Assembly (NCBI RefSeq): GCF_018977255.1
Contig: NW_024704762.1
Coordinates: 7,316,001 to 7,380,000, forward strand
Length of the DNA stretch: 64,000 nucleotides
From: Callorhinchus milii
Taxonomy: Eukaryota
Direction of reading: 5' to 3'
Positions within the stretch are counted from its first letter, which is position 1. Each line of letters opens with the position of its first letter. Of this stretch, positions 62,847-64,000 are shown piece by piece. The notes under the pieces were generated by a model. It was not told the origin of the DNA. It worked only from the letters and a program-made list of their open reading frames with translations, and did no database searches. The position numbers and the translations under genes are program-made.

Positions 62847-64000
62847 ATATTTTGTACTTAATGATCTTAATGTGGATAGGTGAGGGGGTGATGGCTGGGT
62901 GCTGATTCATGAGCTCTGACTCACCCACACAGGCACCATCCGTGCGAAACTTAACCTTTTTTTTTCTTTTGGGATTTGCTTCTCGATGAGCAGAGGCAAT
63001 GGAATTTGTGTTCCCCGACATGCACTGGCATATTTTGAGCCTTTATTATGAGCCGTTTGCCAACTTCTTTCGAAAAACAACATTCTGAAGCAAGCAAACT
63101 TGCTTTCGTTGGCGGTTTGCATGAAATTGCTTTTTTAAGTAACCTGGCTGCTATTCTATGAGTCATGTTGAGAATCTCCCAAAAAAATATTCGAAAACAA
63201 AATGAGTGCACTCATCTACATATTTCTCGTAACGTCGGCATTGTCATTTATGATCATGCTTTTTCTCAGCAAAATGTATTTTTCTATGAAAGTGACCATA
63301 TTTTAAATGGCAGTTTCTTCAGTGGTTAACGTTTACCAAGCAAACAAATTTAGACCATAATGATTAACACCAGCTTTGTCGATCAGCTATATGCAGTGGC
63401 TAGCTATATGCAAAAGTTTGAACTCGCCTGTAGTTTGCATTTGTATTAAGCACTCAATCCACAACTGTTTGTGGGACACTGCTATGCACGGTTTGCTGCC
63501 AGGTTCGCCCATAAATGTATACAATCAATTCACTTTACAGTATATTCCATGAAGAGCTTTGAGATGTCTCAAAGACGTGATAAGGAGTTATATCAAATGC
63601 AAGGATTAAGATTATTATTCTAAGAATTTTGGGTGGGAGGAAATTCAATGCCCTGTACAATTATGTATGTGTTCCAAAACAGCCTGTGCTTTTCTGCACT
63701 AGCTGTGAGAACGTGAAGGAGTTATTGGCTTGAATGGGAAGGTTTTGGTTGTGCTCTGCTTGCTCCAAGAACAGCCTGCTCTGAATCCTTCAGCAGTGAC
63801 TGTCAGAAGAGTTCAGCACTGTAAGAAAAATCAACACCTGTTGTTATACCCTCTTGATTCCAACCCCTAGCTTGGGTGCAAACCCTTGACTGTCTAGCGA
63901 CTTGAGATGTCCTTCCGACGTGAAAGGCGCTATATAAATGCAAGTTGTTGTTGCTGTCAGGTGAAAGTGTTAGTTAATTTTGAATTTTCGTGATGCATTG

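Overview
Eukaryotic (vertebrate) genomic DNA. The SINE and LINE families suggest a cartilaginous fish, possibly a chimaera; this is inference only. I reconstructed four genes exon by exon with GT-AG boundaries and consistent phases. THOP1 (minus strand, 11 coding exons, 3' end runs off the window) lies head-to-head with SGTA (plus, 10 coding exons, 312 aa). These are followed by SLC39A3/ZIP3 (plus, 2 coding exons, 315 aa) and DIRAS1 (plus, single coding exon, 198 aa). A further CpG-island promoter at about 50.1-50.7 kb, with apparent non-coding exons, is probably GNG7. This reproduces the human 19p13.3 order THOP1-SGTA-SLC39A3-DIRAS1-GNG7. The rest is intron or intergenic DNA rich in Deu-domain SINEs, L2 and CR1 LINE fragments and simple repeats. 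I found no evidence of a wholly new multi-gene system. The best leads are a young chimeric tRNA-head/Deu-tail SINE nested in an older SINE, a uORF-rich SLC39A3 leader, a ZIP3 lacking its His loop and terminal Trp, an RE1-like site at DIRAS1, and an L2 fragment with in-frame deletions beside the GNG7-like promoter. All comparisons with human proteins and repeat consensi are from memory, not from searches.
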